DNA of 64,000 nucleotides from Promethearchaeota archaeon (GTDB lineage: Archaea; Asgardarchaeota; Thorarchaeia; Thorarchaeales; Thorarchaeaceae). The stretch is from the NCBI GenBank assembly GCA_014728035.1, contig WJMJ01000071.1, forward strand, positions 32,001 to 96,000. The letters are read 5' to 3'. Shown piece after piece: positions 39,214 to 48,929 of the stretch (positions are counted from its first letter, which is position 1; every line of letters begins with the position of its first letter). The notes under the pieces are model-generated. The model saw nothing but the letters and a program-made list of their open reading frames with translations. It had not been told where the DNA came from and did no database searches. A program made the position numbers and the translations under genes.

Positions 39214-42200
39214 TCAATAGACAGTGAATTGTTTTCTTGGTTGTTTGATTGCTCTCTTAGGAAGAATCTTTCCTTTCTGCATTATGATTAGTTCAAGGTA
39301 ATATGCTGTAACCATAACATCAGGTGTGATCCAATCTACTGATGCTGTATACTGATCTTGGTCGGAGTCAGGAATTTCTATCTCAAACTCCTTGATGATT
39401 TCTCGTCTTGAAAGAATGCGCAATATTGCTTGGAGATTGTTAAACTCTCCTTTAAGCGATTTCATGTCAATCTTAATAGTGACCGGAGTTACTCTTTGGA
39501 CTAAACTGGGAATTTCATCACCAGATTGATTTCGGATTGTGAAATCTACCCTAAATATTGGCTCTTCGATAGCTTTCACTTTCAGTCTAAGCCGTCCTTC
39601 AAATACACGTTTTTCACACTGCAAGTTAACCTTGAGCTGAGCTGTACTCATTTCAGCCGTTAGGGGAATTGAAAACTGTGTTGGAATTAGTTTTGTTGTA
39701 TTTTTCTCTATTAGTACTTGTTTCGAAATTATTTGATTGGTTCCAGCAACCGATTCCAGAAATACCGTTAGAGTACAATTCAATAACATTGAAGATATAT
39801 TGGTCAGATGTAGTGTCCCAGATACAGTTTCATCTGGTGAAACAAATTTTGGAATTCCACTAAATGTTATTTTAGCTATTTCTTCTAAAATGTCAGATCC
39901 CAAATTGATGTTCTGTGTTTTCTGGTCCAATACGATTCCACCGTAAGACAGTCGTGCTATAAGCACAACATGTGATGGGCTGGTATCTGTCTTAGGTTTC
40001 GGTATTTCCAGTGGTCCAAATGCAAATGAAAGATTCCTGCTTTGTTTCACAGATTGTCTAAGTACTAAATGTTCTTCACCGTCAGGAAATTGAAATAACA
40101 TTTCTACAGCAGCTGGTTCCCCTAGTTCTGTGTTCCTCCTAATTCTCAGCCAACCTGAAATGCGCTTTCCAATCTGTGACTTATTTGGAGCTCTTAATGA
40201 GTCAATACTAACTCTAACTCCCAGATGTGCAATTCGCATTCTATCTGATTCAGTGACACTCAATTGAGAACCATTAAATTCTATCCAGGCTTTGATTATT
40301 CCCGTGCGAGCTTCTGGTGCTTCATTTGATATTGTTGGAACACGCCATCGGAATGCTAAAGCCTCAGAAGTTAAGTCTGATATTTTCATACTTGCTATGT
40401 CATATACTTCTCCAGTATCAGTATGATATGCGACATGAAGTGATGCGTGTTTTGGAATTTGTTTTCCTCTCGCTTTAATTGCAACCTCTCCATGAATCAA
40501 TTCGCCAGGAGAATGCGCTTCTTTAGCATCTGTTCGTAAAAGTACCTGAGGTCCCTTTTTCACGAATCCTGCATAAAACGGCTTAGATGTTACAGTGGTA
40601 ATCTCTTCTTCGTCTTCTAGTAAACTAACTCTTAAGACACATCTTTGGACACCCTCACCTGCATCTTCCGGAATTATCAACGGGGGAAAGTCCTCATGGT
40701 CTACTACTCTTAGTTCACCTTTCTCAATCTTCAGTGGTGTACTAACGGATGCAAATATTTTTTCTCTCGAAGGAGCGATTACTTCAACTCTGCAATCCAT
40801 CATTGTGTTGAATGGATAGTTTGTGTCTATTTCTCCAGAAAATCGAACTGGCGTCTTGCCATCAACAAATTGGGTGGTTGTCCCTGGTCTTGCAGAAACG
40901 CGCATCCAGTAAGTACTAATTGTACCAGTTACTGGGATCTCTCTCCCTGCGATACCTATTTCTGAAAATACATTGTAAGCTGAAACTCCCCGTTTAGTTT
41001 GAAAACTCAAGTTTTCAATATGGATTTGACCTGATTGTATTTTGGATATCGGGATGATGTTACTTTCAACAATATTTCTATCCGAGTCTTCTATTGTGTA
41101 CTTGATGGTAAGATTGGTGATATCTCTATCCAATGTATTCTTTATGGTTATCATAAAATGGGCTTCTTGACCTGAAAATACTTTGTCTGAATCGATAACT
41201 AGTTCTGGTTCAATTCCTTTCCACCAACATAGCCATGTCGGTAGGTTAGGAGTGCCATCTAACGGGTCATATAACCAGTTTGTACAACACTCTCGTGTAA
41301 TTTCCGCTAATCGTTTCAAAAGAACTACCATGTTGAAGTCCGATTTTGCAAATACATCAAGTTGGAAATCTGCACCTGTTGTTCGAGCTTCTACTGTTTC
41401 GCTTCCAAAAATGGATATCAACAATGCTTGGAAAAAGGGATTATCAATAGCATTTAGCTCTTCTAATTCATCACGAATTATATAGAGCATTGAAATAACA
41501 GCGTCTCCCATGAACCTGTTTCTCTTTCTGGATGATACTGACCCATCATCTTGGATTTGAAAATTATACATTTTCAAAAAATCAGAAATCTGCGCACTTT
41601 TACCAGGTCTAAAAGGGGCCCATAGACCTGCTGCTATTGCTGCTTCTCTGTTGGCTGCTAAAGTATTAGCACTTACATCCGGGACGAATTTTCCTTTTTC
41701 AACCATTCGTTTTGCCTTGAGTGCCAACGCTTGAAGTAGTAGAGCGATTCCTATCCTTCTGGGTACAGATAACTGAGTATCTGTGACTCGTATTTCTATG
41801 GTACCATAATCTGTGAAGGGAAACATATCCACCATTCTTGGGGGACTTCTATTGACATGACGAGCGAAGGCGTCTTCATCTGCAGATTTCAAATGTGGTA
41901 TGTATTCGAATTCATTACTAGGTCCCATCTGAGTTGTGTTTTTCCATAGACGAATCGATCGCTTGCATCTTGGTGCGCGAGTACGATTTTTCTCGTCCAC
42001 AAAAATTTCATCTGATGCCATTTTATTTTCAAAAGGTGAGTTGACCGAGAGAGCGATTAATTGTGGGATAAAATTTCGTATCATGTTGTATACTGCTATT
42101 TTTACACTATTGTCAACATTTGGTCCAAGAATGTGATGATGTTCTCCAAATGACAGATTTTTGAGGTATTCTTGTGTCGGATTCAATCCAGTTGAAATGA

Positions 42201-42645
42201 GTACTACTCTTGATTCTCTGGGTATTGAATCATATGAGACCGCTATCAGTGTTTGAACCCACCAAGCGAGTTCTTCCAGTGTTGTACATGGAGGTGTTGC
42301 AATTTCTAAGATCCATGTTAATGAAGTTACATTTGGATCATGGCCAAGCAAGGTGTATTCTCGAGCAACACCTTGTGGGTCTTGATAACTTGCTACTATC
42401 CTTGAACCTCTTTCTCCCTCTTCAGTTTGAGCGGAGTGATTATAGTTTTGCTTAACCGTTTCTACACTGGTATTCTTTATCTTCCTGTCCAATAGTATTT
42501 TTGCACTCGATACAATTCTATCAAAAATATCTAGTATCTCATCGCCACGAATCCAGCTTCCATCTCGATTTACAACCTGCAATTCGACTTCGATGCCATG
42601 GGGAAATGGTAGTTGAGTTTCTTTTTCTCCCCTATCTTTCCTCAT
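39214..42645 (-). CDS. GCS2/YbdK-type glutamate-cysteine (carboxylate-amine) ligase fused to multiple beta-sandwich domains
   Basis: HGIEVELQ, LEIATPPC, FGEHHHI, LIALSVNSPF, GTIEIRVTD, then ~650 aa of beta-rich modules. ATG at 42645 with GGTGGTG upstream. Confidence 0.8.
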   Translation of the reverse strand: MRKDRGEKETQLPFPHGIEVELQVVNRDGSWIRGDEILDIFDRIVSSAKILLDRKIKNTSVETVKQNYNHSAQTEEGERGSRIVASYQDPQGVAREYTLLGHDPNVTSLTWILEIATPPCTTLEELAWWVQTLIAVSYDSIPRESRVVLISTGLNPTQEYLKNLSFGEHHHILGPNVDNSVKIAVYNMIRNFIPQLIALSVNSPFENKMASDEIFVDEKNRTRAPRCKRSIRLWKNTTQMGPSNEFEYIPHLKSADEDAFARHVNRSPPRMVDMFPFTDYGTIEIRVTDTQLSVPRRIGIALLLQALALKAKRMVEKGKFVPDVSANTLAANREAAIAAGLWAPFRPGKSAQISDFLKMYNFQIQDDGSVSSRKRNRFMGDAVISMLYIIRDELEELNAIDNPFFQALLISIFGSETVEARTTGADFQLDVFAKSDFNMVVLLKRLAEITRECCTNWLYDPLDGTPNLPTWLCWWKGIEPELVIDSDKVFSGQEAHFMITIKNTLDRDITNLTIKYTIEDSDRNIVESNIIPISKIQSGQIHIENLSFQTKRGVSAYNVFSEIGIAGREIPVTGTISTYWMRVSARPGTTTQFVDGKTPVRFSGEIDTNYPFNTMMDCRVEVIAPSREKIFASVSTPLKIEKGELRVVDHEDFPPLIIPEDAGEGVQRCVLRVSLLEDEEEITTVTSKPFYAGFVKKGPQVLLRTDAKEAHSPGELIHGEVAIKARGKQIPKHASLHVAYHTDTGEVYDIASMKISDLTSEALAFRWRVPTISNEAPEARTGIIKAWIEFNGSQLSVTESDRMRIAHLGVRVSIDSLRAPNKSQIGKRISGWLRIRRNTELGEPAAVEMLFQFPDGEEHLVLRQSVKQSRNLSFAFGPLEIPKPKTDTSPSHVVLIARLSYGGIVLDQKTQNINLGSDILEEIAKITFSGIPKFVSPDETVSGTLHLTNISSMLLNCTLTVFLESVAGTNQIISKQVLIEKNTTKLIPTQFSIPLTAEMSTAQLKVNLQCEKRVFEGRLRLKVKAIEEPIFRVDFTIRNQSGDEIPSLVQRVTPVTIKIDMKSLKGEFNNLQAILRILSRREIIKEFEIEIPDSDQDQYTASVDWITPDVMVTAYYLELIIMQKGKILPKRAIKQPRKQFTVY

Positions 42646-42646
42646 T

Positions 42647-43315
42647 TTATGACACCACCAATGTGAATAATTTGAACAATTCAGCAAGCTTCTCGATATC
42701 ATGTGCAAGTGAACTTGATATTGTTAGCTCAATTGCCATGGTGTCTTGATAGTTTTTGATAGATTCGATAACCGAAAAGATTAGCTTTCCTCCTCCAAAC
42801 TCAGATTTATCCTCCACAATGTTGAATGTCGAATCTCTTATTTTTTGGATAAAACTAGTTGCTCGCAGTGCGAATCTCTTGCCTATTACTATTGTTTTTT
42901 CTATCTCAAGAATTTCAGGTAATTTATGAATTTTGAGTGAGATAAACATCAGGTTATTTCCATATTTACGAAGATGTCCTAATAGACGATTTACTATTTC
43001 ACTATAGGATTTCTTGTTCCCTGTTGGGCTGGATTGAACCATAAATGACGGCAGTTTAACTCCCTTTTCTCTCACATCTTTAAGAAAATTGATAACCATT
43101 CTGTCTTCTGGAGAATTATCTTGAAGACATATCATTACTCTTGGGATTCCTATGATATAGTCACCATCTGATACCGATTTGGAAATCCGTCTATCTTGCG
43201 TCATTATATGGATTGTTTCAGATATTGACGATACCTTGTCAGTAATTTGCTTAATTAGATCTTTAGCTCTCTCAAGGCTTTGTTGGATGTCTTCAATAGA
43301 TGTGGGTCTATCCAT
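42647..43315 (-). CDS. degenerate N-formylglutamate amidohydrolase-like protein
   Basis: Motif order FISLKIH / IVIG / EFGGGKLI / AIELTISSSL mirrors FGase (liDcHS / dlG / PyaGG / aiQiEi..L). Confidence 0.45.
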   Translation of the reverse strand: MDRPTSIEDIQQSLERAKDLIKQITDKVSSISETIHIMTQDRRISKSVSDGDYIIGIPRVMICLQDNSPEDRMVINFLKDVREKGVKLPSFMVQSSPTGNKKSYSEIVNRLLGHLRKYGNNLMFISLKIHKLPEILEIEKTIVIGKRFALRATSFIQKIRDSTFNIVEDKSEFGGGKLIFSVIESIKNYQDTMAIELTISSSLAHDIEKLAELFKLFTLVVS

Positions 43316-43383
43316 ACTTTAACCTCAAGGGACCGTGATGATATTTCACTATCCCTAACGGTTATTATCTTTACTAGAACTAT

Positions 43384-43821
43384 TTAGTTTTCAGCAACAA
43401 GTTTGTAAACTCTCTTCAGTTTCTGTGACAGCTCTCGTAGCTTATACCAGACGGTCTCGCGTCCCTTTTGTTCAGCAAGCTTGTCGATTAACATCTGGTG
43501 GTCGAACTCTCCAATATCTTTCAAAAGAATAAGTGCTTCTTCATCTGTAAAATGTGACTTGTTGACACGTCCATCCTTAAAACGTTTGATTAAAGGTAGT
43601 AATGCTTTTTCTGCAGAATCCACCTTGATTAATGCTTCTCGGTAAGAATCTTTTGGGTCTTTCATGGCAAACCCACCAATTAGGGGGGTCATTCCTACTC
43701 CCATGGATCCTTCACCAAGACTATCAAGGATATCCATTGCATCTTGGTAGTACTCGTATGTATCTGTTAGACATTTTTTTATCGCGCGTATAATTCTTGG
43801 ACGGTCGGACACTTCAGCCAT
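43384..43821 (-). CDS. hypothetical helical protein
   Basis: 145-aa ORF with a GAGG SD. Confidence 0.6.
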   Translation of the reverse strand: MAEVSDRPRIIRAIKKCLTDTYEYYQDAMDILDSLGEGSMGVGMTPLIGGFAMKDPKDSYREALIKVDSAEKALLPLIKRFKDGRVNKSHFTDEEALILLKDIGEFDHQMLIDKLAEQKGRETVWYKLRELSQKLKRVYKLVAEN

Positions 43822-43896
43822 TTTTAGACCTCTTGATTATTGAAAAACAGGAAATAAGGACCCGATTGGGTCCTTAATCTATCAAATTTGATTTTT

Positions 43897-44958
43897 TTAA
43901 AATTGAGCTTCATCAGGAAGCTCGCCAGCAAAGTGACATGCAACGAAGTGACCATCACCCATATCACGGTCTTCAGGTATCTCTTCGACACATCTCTTCT
44001 GAGCGTATGGGCATCTTGGATGGAATCTGCATCCGGATGGTACATTGATGGGACTTGGTGGTTCTCCTTTCAGTGACTCTACACGTCGTTTCACAGTTGG
44101 GTCTCCAGAAGGTACTGCTGAAATGAGAGCTCGTGTATATGGATGCAATGGATTGAATGCGACCTCATGAGCTGGTCCCAGTTCCATAATCTTCCCAAGA
44201 TACATGATACCAATTCTGTCTGCAATATATGTTGCAACTGCAAGGTCGTGTGTAATGAATAGGTATGTAAGACCCAATTCGTCCTTGAGCTGGAGCAGGA
44301 GGTTCAGAATTTCAGCACGAATTGATACATCTAACATAGAAACTGGCTCGTCTGCTACCATGAATTCAGGATGCAGAATTAAAGCACGTGCAATAGAAAT
44401 TCTCTGCCTCTGACCACCTGACAGTTCGTGAGGATATCTGTCAATATAGTCTTCTGCAGGTGTTAGTGCAACACTCTCCAATGCTTCTAGAACTCGCTTT
44501 CGGCGTTGGCTGGGTGTTAGTGGAATCTTGTGAACGGTTAATGGCTCAGATACGATTCCAAAAATACTCTGTTTTGGATTAAGGGACTCGTACGGGTCTT
44601 GGAATGTGATTTGCATTCTCTTCCTGAGTTCCTTCATCTCATTCCTATCAAGAGTTCCTAAGTCCTGATCCAAGTAGTATACTGTTCCATCTGTTGGTTC
44701 TTCAAGATATAACACACATCTTCCAGTTGTAGTCTTTCCACAACCAGATTCTCCTGCCAGAACAAGTACTTCTCCTTTCTTGATATCAAAGGTTACGCCG
44801 TCAACGGCTTTCACATAAAGTTCTTGTTTGTAAAGAAGTGAGGAGAGAAATCCGGTGTTTACCTCGAACCATTTTCGCATATTTCTGACTCTAATGATGG
44901 TCTCTCCTTCAGATAAATCTGAGGCTCCTTTTAGTTCAATACTTTCTTCGTATGTCAT
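43897..44958 (-). CDS. oppF: oligopeptide/dipeptide ABC transporter ATPase
   Basis: [35 protein letters not shown]. Confidence 0.9.
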   Translation of the reverse strand: MTYEESIELKGASDLSEGETIIRVRNMRKWFEVNTGFLSSLLYKQELYVKAVDGVTFDIKKGEVLVLAGESGCGKTTTGRCVLYLEEPTDGTVYYLDQDLGTLDRNEMKELRKRMQITFQDPYESLNPKQSIFGIVSEPLTVHKIPLTPSQRRKRVLEALESVALTPAEDYIDRYPHELSGGQRQRISIARALILHPEFMVADEPVSMLDVSIRAEILNLLLQLKDELGLTYLFITHDLAVATYIADRIGIMYLGKIMELGPAHEVAFNPLHPYTRALISAVPSGDPTVKRRVESLKGEPPSPINVPSGCRFHPRCPYAQKRCVEEIPEDRDMGDGHFVACHFAGELPDEAQF

Positions 44959-44972
44959 TGTTTTGGACCTCC

Positions 44973-45962
44973 TCAATCTAAGTCTACTGTGAGTTCTCCC
45001 TTTAGCTGTTCTGCAAAGTGACAGGACACGAATCGACCAGGATCAATCTCGTCAAAACTTGGTTCCTCACGTGTACAGATTTCTTTTGCATATGGACATC
45101 TTGGATGGAATCTGCATCCTCTTGGAGGGTCTATAAGATTTGGTGGCGACCCAGGAATAGATGTCAGCTTCTTCTTTTCTGCTTTAATCATGCTTGGAAT
45201 TGCACCAACCAGGCCCGTTGCGTATGGGTGAATTGGTTCCTTGAATACCGAAACCACATCTGCTAGCTCTGCAATCCGTCCCGCATACATAATAGCTGTC
45301 TTATCACAAGTTTCTGCAATAACACTCAAGTCGTGAGTGATCAAAATCAATGAAAGACCCAAGTCTTTCTGAAGCTTCTGCATGAGTTTGAGTATCTGTG
45401 CTTGAATGGTAACATCCAGCGCTGTTGTTGGCTCGTCTGCAATTACCAAGTCCGGGTTGCATGCTAGAGCCATTGCAATCATGGCCCTTTGTCGCATTCC
45501 ACCAGAGAACTCGTGTGGATAATTGTGAATACGACCAGGATCAAGACCAACCATCTCAAATAGCTTGGCACACCGGTCAAGTGCTTCTTCTTCTGTAACA
45601 TTCTCGTGCATAAGAATGGCCTCAGCAATCTGTTCACCAATCTCAAATACAGGATTCAAAGCATTCATAGCACCTTGAAAGACTATTGCGACATTCTTCC
45701 ATCTGATGTCACGCATCTCTCTCGCTGTCTTTCTCAGAAGGTCGTCTCCCTTGAAGAAAATATTACCTCCCACAATATTAGCCGCTGGTGGCAGCAACTG
45801 CATAATTGAATATGCCAAGCTACTCTTTCCACAACCAGATTCGCCTGCCAGGCCAATTGATTCACCAGAGTCAAGCTGTAGGGTAACATTATCGACGGCC
45901 TTCACTAACCCCTGCTGTGTTTGATAGTACATGCGTAGGTTTTTAATATCAAGGAGGTTCAT
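44973..45962 (-). CDS. oppD: oligopeptide/dipeptide ABC transporter ATPase
   Basis: [35 protein letters not shown]. Confidence 0.9.
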   Translation of the reverse strand: MNLLDIKNLRMYYQTQQGLVKAVDNVTLQLDSGESIGLAGESGCGKSSLAYSIMQLLPPAANIVGGNIFFKGDDLLRKTAREMRDIRWKNVAIVFQGAMNALNPVFEIGEQIAEAILMHENVTEEEALDRCAKLFEMVGLDPGRIHNYPHEFSGGMRQRAMIAMALACNPDLVIADEPTTALDVTIQAQILKLMQKLQKDLGLSLILITHDLSVIAETCDKTAIMYAGRIAELADVVSVFKEPIHPYATGLVGAIPSMIKAEKKKLTSIPGSPPNLIDPPRGCRFHPRCPYAKEICTREEPSFDEIDPGRFVSCHFAEQLKGELTVDLD

Positions 45963-46698
45963 ATAGTTATAGCACTCTCCGTCGGAGCAATAGCACGTCC
46001 GTAACTAATTTTGTCCTCGGTTAGGTTCTTAAATACCTAACGGCACAAGCACGGTGGGTGCGATTGCTGATTAATAATGGGTCGGAGACCTCTTCCTAGA
46101 TAACCCTTGGGATTCAGTCAACTTTTTTGTTTGAACTTGAGGGATTTAAATCAAAGAGGGAGTTGCGGGTGTTTAGCTAGGATAACTGACACATCCGGAT
46201 TGAAATACTATAGCGAGGTCGGATAGTTAGTATGAATGAGCCAATTAGACTATGAACCACAATTGAATCATGTGTATTCAATGCGTTCTGAATATAGTTT
46301 CTCTAGAGTACTATAGATCCATCTACTGGAATCAATTCTCTCCAAGTACGCCATGCTGGGCAACATCCAATGCTATTAGTCCAACAGAATGCACACGGTA
46401 GTAGGTATGAGAAAGGCCAAGTCCACATTAAGAGAAACCTCCCAAAACACACAAAAAAACCAAAAAGACTCAGCTAATACTAATGCATCATATTACTGGG
46501 GATGGTTAGTGCAGTAAGAGTTTCCCCTTTGATTTTGTTAGAAAAAGAACAGAGTTGTTAGGGATGAAGGTATGTTGTTGTTCAATCGAAACTTAGTATT
46601 CCTATACGAAAAGTTGGATCTTCAAACTTGGTTTTTCATAAAGAACGCCGAGTACGAAAACCGTAAAAGGGTGTGATTATTGCTAAGTAACGATACCA

Positions 46699-47019
46699 AT
46701 GAGCCCTCGAGTGAAAGCTTTTCCCGAGACCCGTGAAGAACCAAGGAAGAAGATATTGTTAATCCCCCCTGTGTTGATACTTGGAGGATGGGGCCTCACC
46801 ATTCTTCACGAGAGTCTTAGATTTATTGGGTCCCTGATTGCGTTTACAGGAGTTCTTACAGTGTTTTTAGTAGGTATGATTTTTGCGGACCTTTGGGTTG
46901 CATCTCGTCGCACTAAGGATATAATTAAGGCCCGTGAGAGAAGAATGCGTGAGAGCGGAGGAGAGGCAGATGACCCCGACGACCCATTTATAGACACATT
47001 AGAAGAGTCTGCAGACTGA
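46699..47019 (+). CDS. small 2-TM protein with acidic tail
   Basis: Two hydrophobic segments and a D/E-rich C-terminus. Confidence 0.5.
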   Translation: MSPRVKAFPETREEPRKKILLIPPVLILGGWGLTILHESLRFIGSLIAFTGVLTVFLVGMIFADLWVASRRTKDIIKARERRMRESGGEADDPDDPFIDTLEESAD

Positions 47020-47096
47020 ATTATCCACTTTCAGTGTATACCTAGATAGACACTTTTATTTATGTAAAATCACCATTTACTAAGTAGTAGTACATA

Positions 47097-47160
47097 GGGA
47101 CAGTAGGTATTTGCCCGCACAAAGCGGTGCGTTCTTAAGGGCCTTTGCCTGCTCACTCCC
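47097..47160 (+). promoter_or_regulatory. candidate structured 5' leader of oppC
   Basis: Nested stems ggga/tccc, agtaggta/tgcctgct (two G-U), gccc/gggc, gcac/gtgc, directly before the SD GGAGGT. Confidence 0.35.
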
Positions 47161-47178
47161 AACACTGGAGGTAAGAAA

Positions 47179-48762
47179 TTGTCCGAATCAAAAAAATCCA
47201 GTTGGAAAGATAGCAACTGGTACATGAGCCTCACTGGTTTTTGGAAGGAATACCGTAGACATAAGATCGGTATTCTTGGTATTATCGTGCTTTTATTTTA
47301 TGTTGGAATGGCCGTTGGAGCTCCATGGCTAGCAACTCACGATCCCTCTCCAAACAACACAGTTGCACCAGAATTTCTTGCTCCTGGGTGGATGTCAGTA
47401 TTTGATCCTACAGGTGTAATTACCGATCAGTATATGCCCGATCGTGAATTAACCGAAGCGCCTGAATTTGAACTCATTGGCGACTCTACTGATTTCTCCT
47501 ACGAGCATTATGTACCGGATGGAGGGAACGGTCGAGTTAATTTAACGTGGGAACATACAGCTGGTACTGAAATTACACTGCAAGATCCATATGATACTGG
47601 ACCTCAGCTATTAGATCCTATCGCTGATTCCTTTATTGTCTTTAAACAAGAAGTCGAATGGCCATTTGAAGGTCTTCCTGAGGATGTCAATATCTCACTA
47701 ACATATGCTACCACTCTTACAGGTGATTTCCTCACTGAAGAGCGTGGTGGTCTGATGTTCAGAGCTTATATCTGGTTTATTGATGATTCAGGAAACTGGA
47801 TGCGAGTATTTGAATCAAATCCTCCATATGCTGATTATTTTCAGACTCGAATCAAACATCTTAGCTTCTTCGACATCAGAGACACCTTTGGTGGAATGGT
47901 TGTAGACGAAAACAATGTGCAGGAAGATGAACGAGATGTATTCACTGTAGCTTTTGGTCTTGTTCCTTCAGAAACGTTCTTCGAAGATTCTGTTGGCGAT
48001 TATGAACATCCATATCTTAACTACACTGGTGGCGTGGAAATAACTGTCGAGGAACTTGGAGTTATTGCACATGGAGGCTATTTTGGTGTACTTGGAACCA
48101 CCGATAAAGGTGGGGATGCTTGGAGTCAGTTAGTGTTTGGGTCTCGCATCTCACTTACCATTGGTATCCTTGCTACTGCTCTGTCAACTGCGGTTGGTGT
48201 GATTGTAGGTCTTACTGCTGGATACTTCGGTGGAAAAACTGATGAGATTTTAATGCGTGTTGTAGACTTCTTACTAGTCATTCCCGGATTGCCATTGATG
48301 ATGGTCTTGGCGGCCTTCTTAGGGCCGACTATAGAGAACATCATCGTTGTAATTTCAATTCTGGGTTGGACTGGCACCTCGCGACTTATACGATCGCAAG
48401 TAATGGCTGAGAAGAACAAAGCATATGTTGAATCTGCAAGAGCTATTGGAGCATCTGATACTTACATCATCTTTAGGCACATTCTACCCAATGTAACCCC
48501 AATTCTCTTTGCAAATATCACCTTGGGTGTTGTCGGTGCTATTCTATCAGAATCCGGTCTTGCATTTTTGGGTCTAACTGATCCTAACGAACCTAGCTGG
48601 GGTCGGATGATTGCAGACGCACAAGGCACAGGTGGATTCAGCCAAGGTGCTTGGTGGGTTGTGGTATTTCCAGGGTTGATGATCACAATACTTTCATTGG
48701 CCTTTACCTTTGTAGGTCATACTCTAGACCAGGTTCTTAATCCAAGGCTCAGAGAAAGATAA
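47179..48762 (+). CDS. oppC: oligopeptide ABC permease with large extracytoplasmic insert
   Basis: LGTTDKGGD, GSRISL, YVESARAIGAS, RHILPNV, SWGRMI, LNPRLR. Confidence 0.9.
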   Translation: MSESKKSSWKDSNWYMSLTGFWKEYRRHKIGILGIIVLLFYVGMAVGAPWLATHDPSPNNTVAPEFLAPGWMSVFDPTGVITDQYMPDRELTEAPEFELIGDSTDFSYEHYVPDGGNGRVNLTWEHTAGTEITLQDPYDTGPQLLDPIADSFIVFKQEVEWPFEGLPEDVNISLTYATTLTGDFLTEERGGLMFRAYIWFIDDSGNWMRVFESNPPYADYFQTRIKHLSFFDIRDTFGGMVVDENNVQEDERDVFTVAFGLVPSETFFEDSVGDYEHPYLNYTGGVEITVEELGVIAHGGYFGVLGTTDKGGDAWSQLVFGSRISLTIGILATALSTAVGVIVGLTAGYFGGKTDEILMRVVDFLLVIPGLPLMMVLAAFLGPTIENIIVVISILGWTGTSRLIRSQVMAEKNKAYVESARAIGASDTYIIFRHILPNVTPILFANITLGVVGAILSESGLAFLGLTDPNEPSWGRMIADAQGTGGFSQGAWWVVVFPGLMITILSLAFTFVGHTLDQVLNPRLRER

Positions 48763-48777
48763 TACGATGTTAGAACT

Positions 48778-48817
48778 GAAAGGCCCATTCTGTGGGTCTT
48801 TCTCCTTTTCCTTTTTT
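48778..48817 (+). terminator. hairpin + oligo-T after oppC
   Basis: gaaaggccca-ttctg-tgggtctttc followed by tccttttcctttttt. Confidence 0.65.
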
Positions 48818-48929
48818 CCGCAATCTCACATCACCGAGAACATCAACCTTATATGGGTGATAGGAGTATACTATCTTGTTATACAGTACTTAGTCGTACT
48901 AGGTATAAACTAAAATGGAGTGTCTGAGA

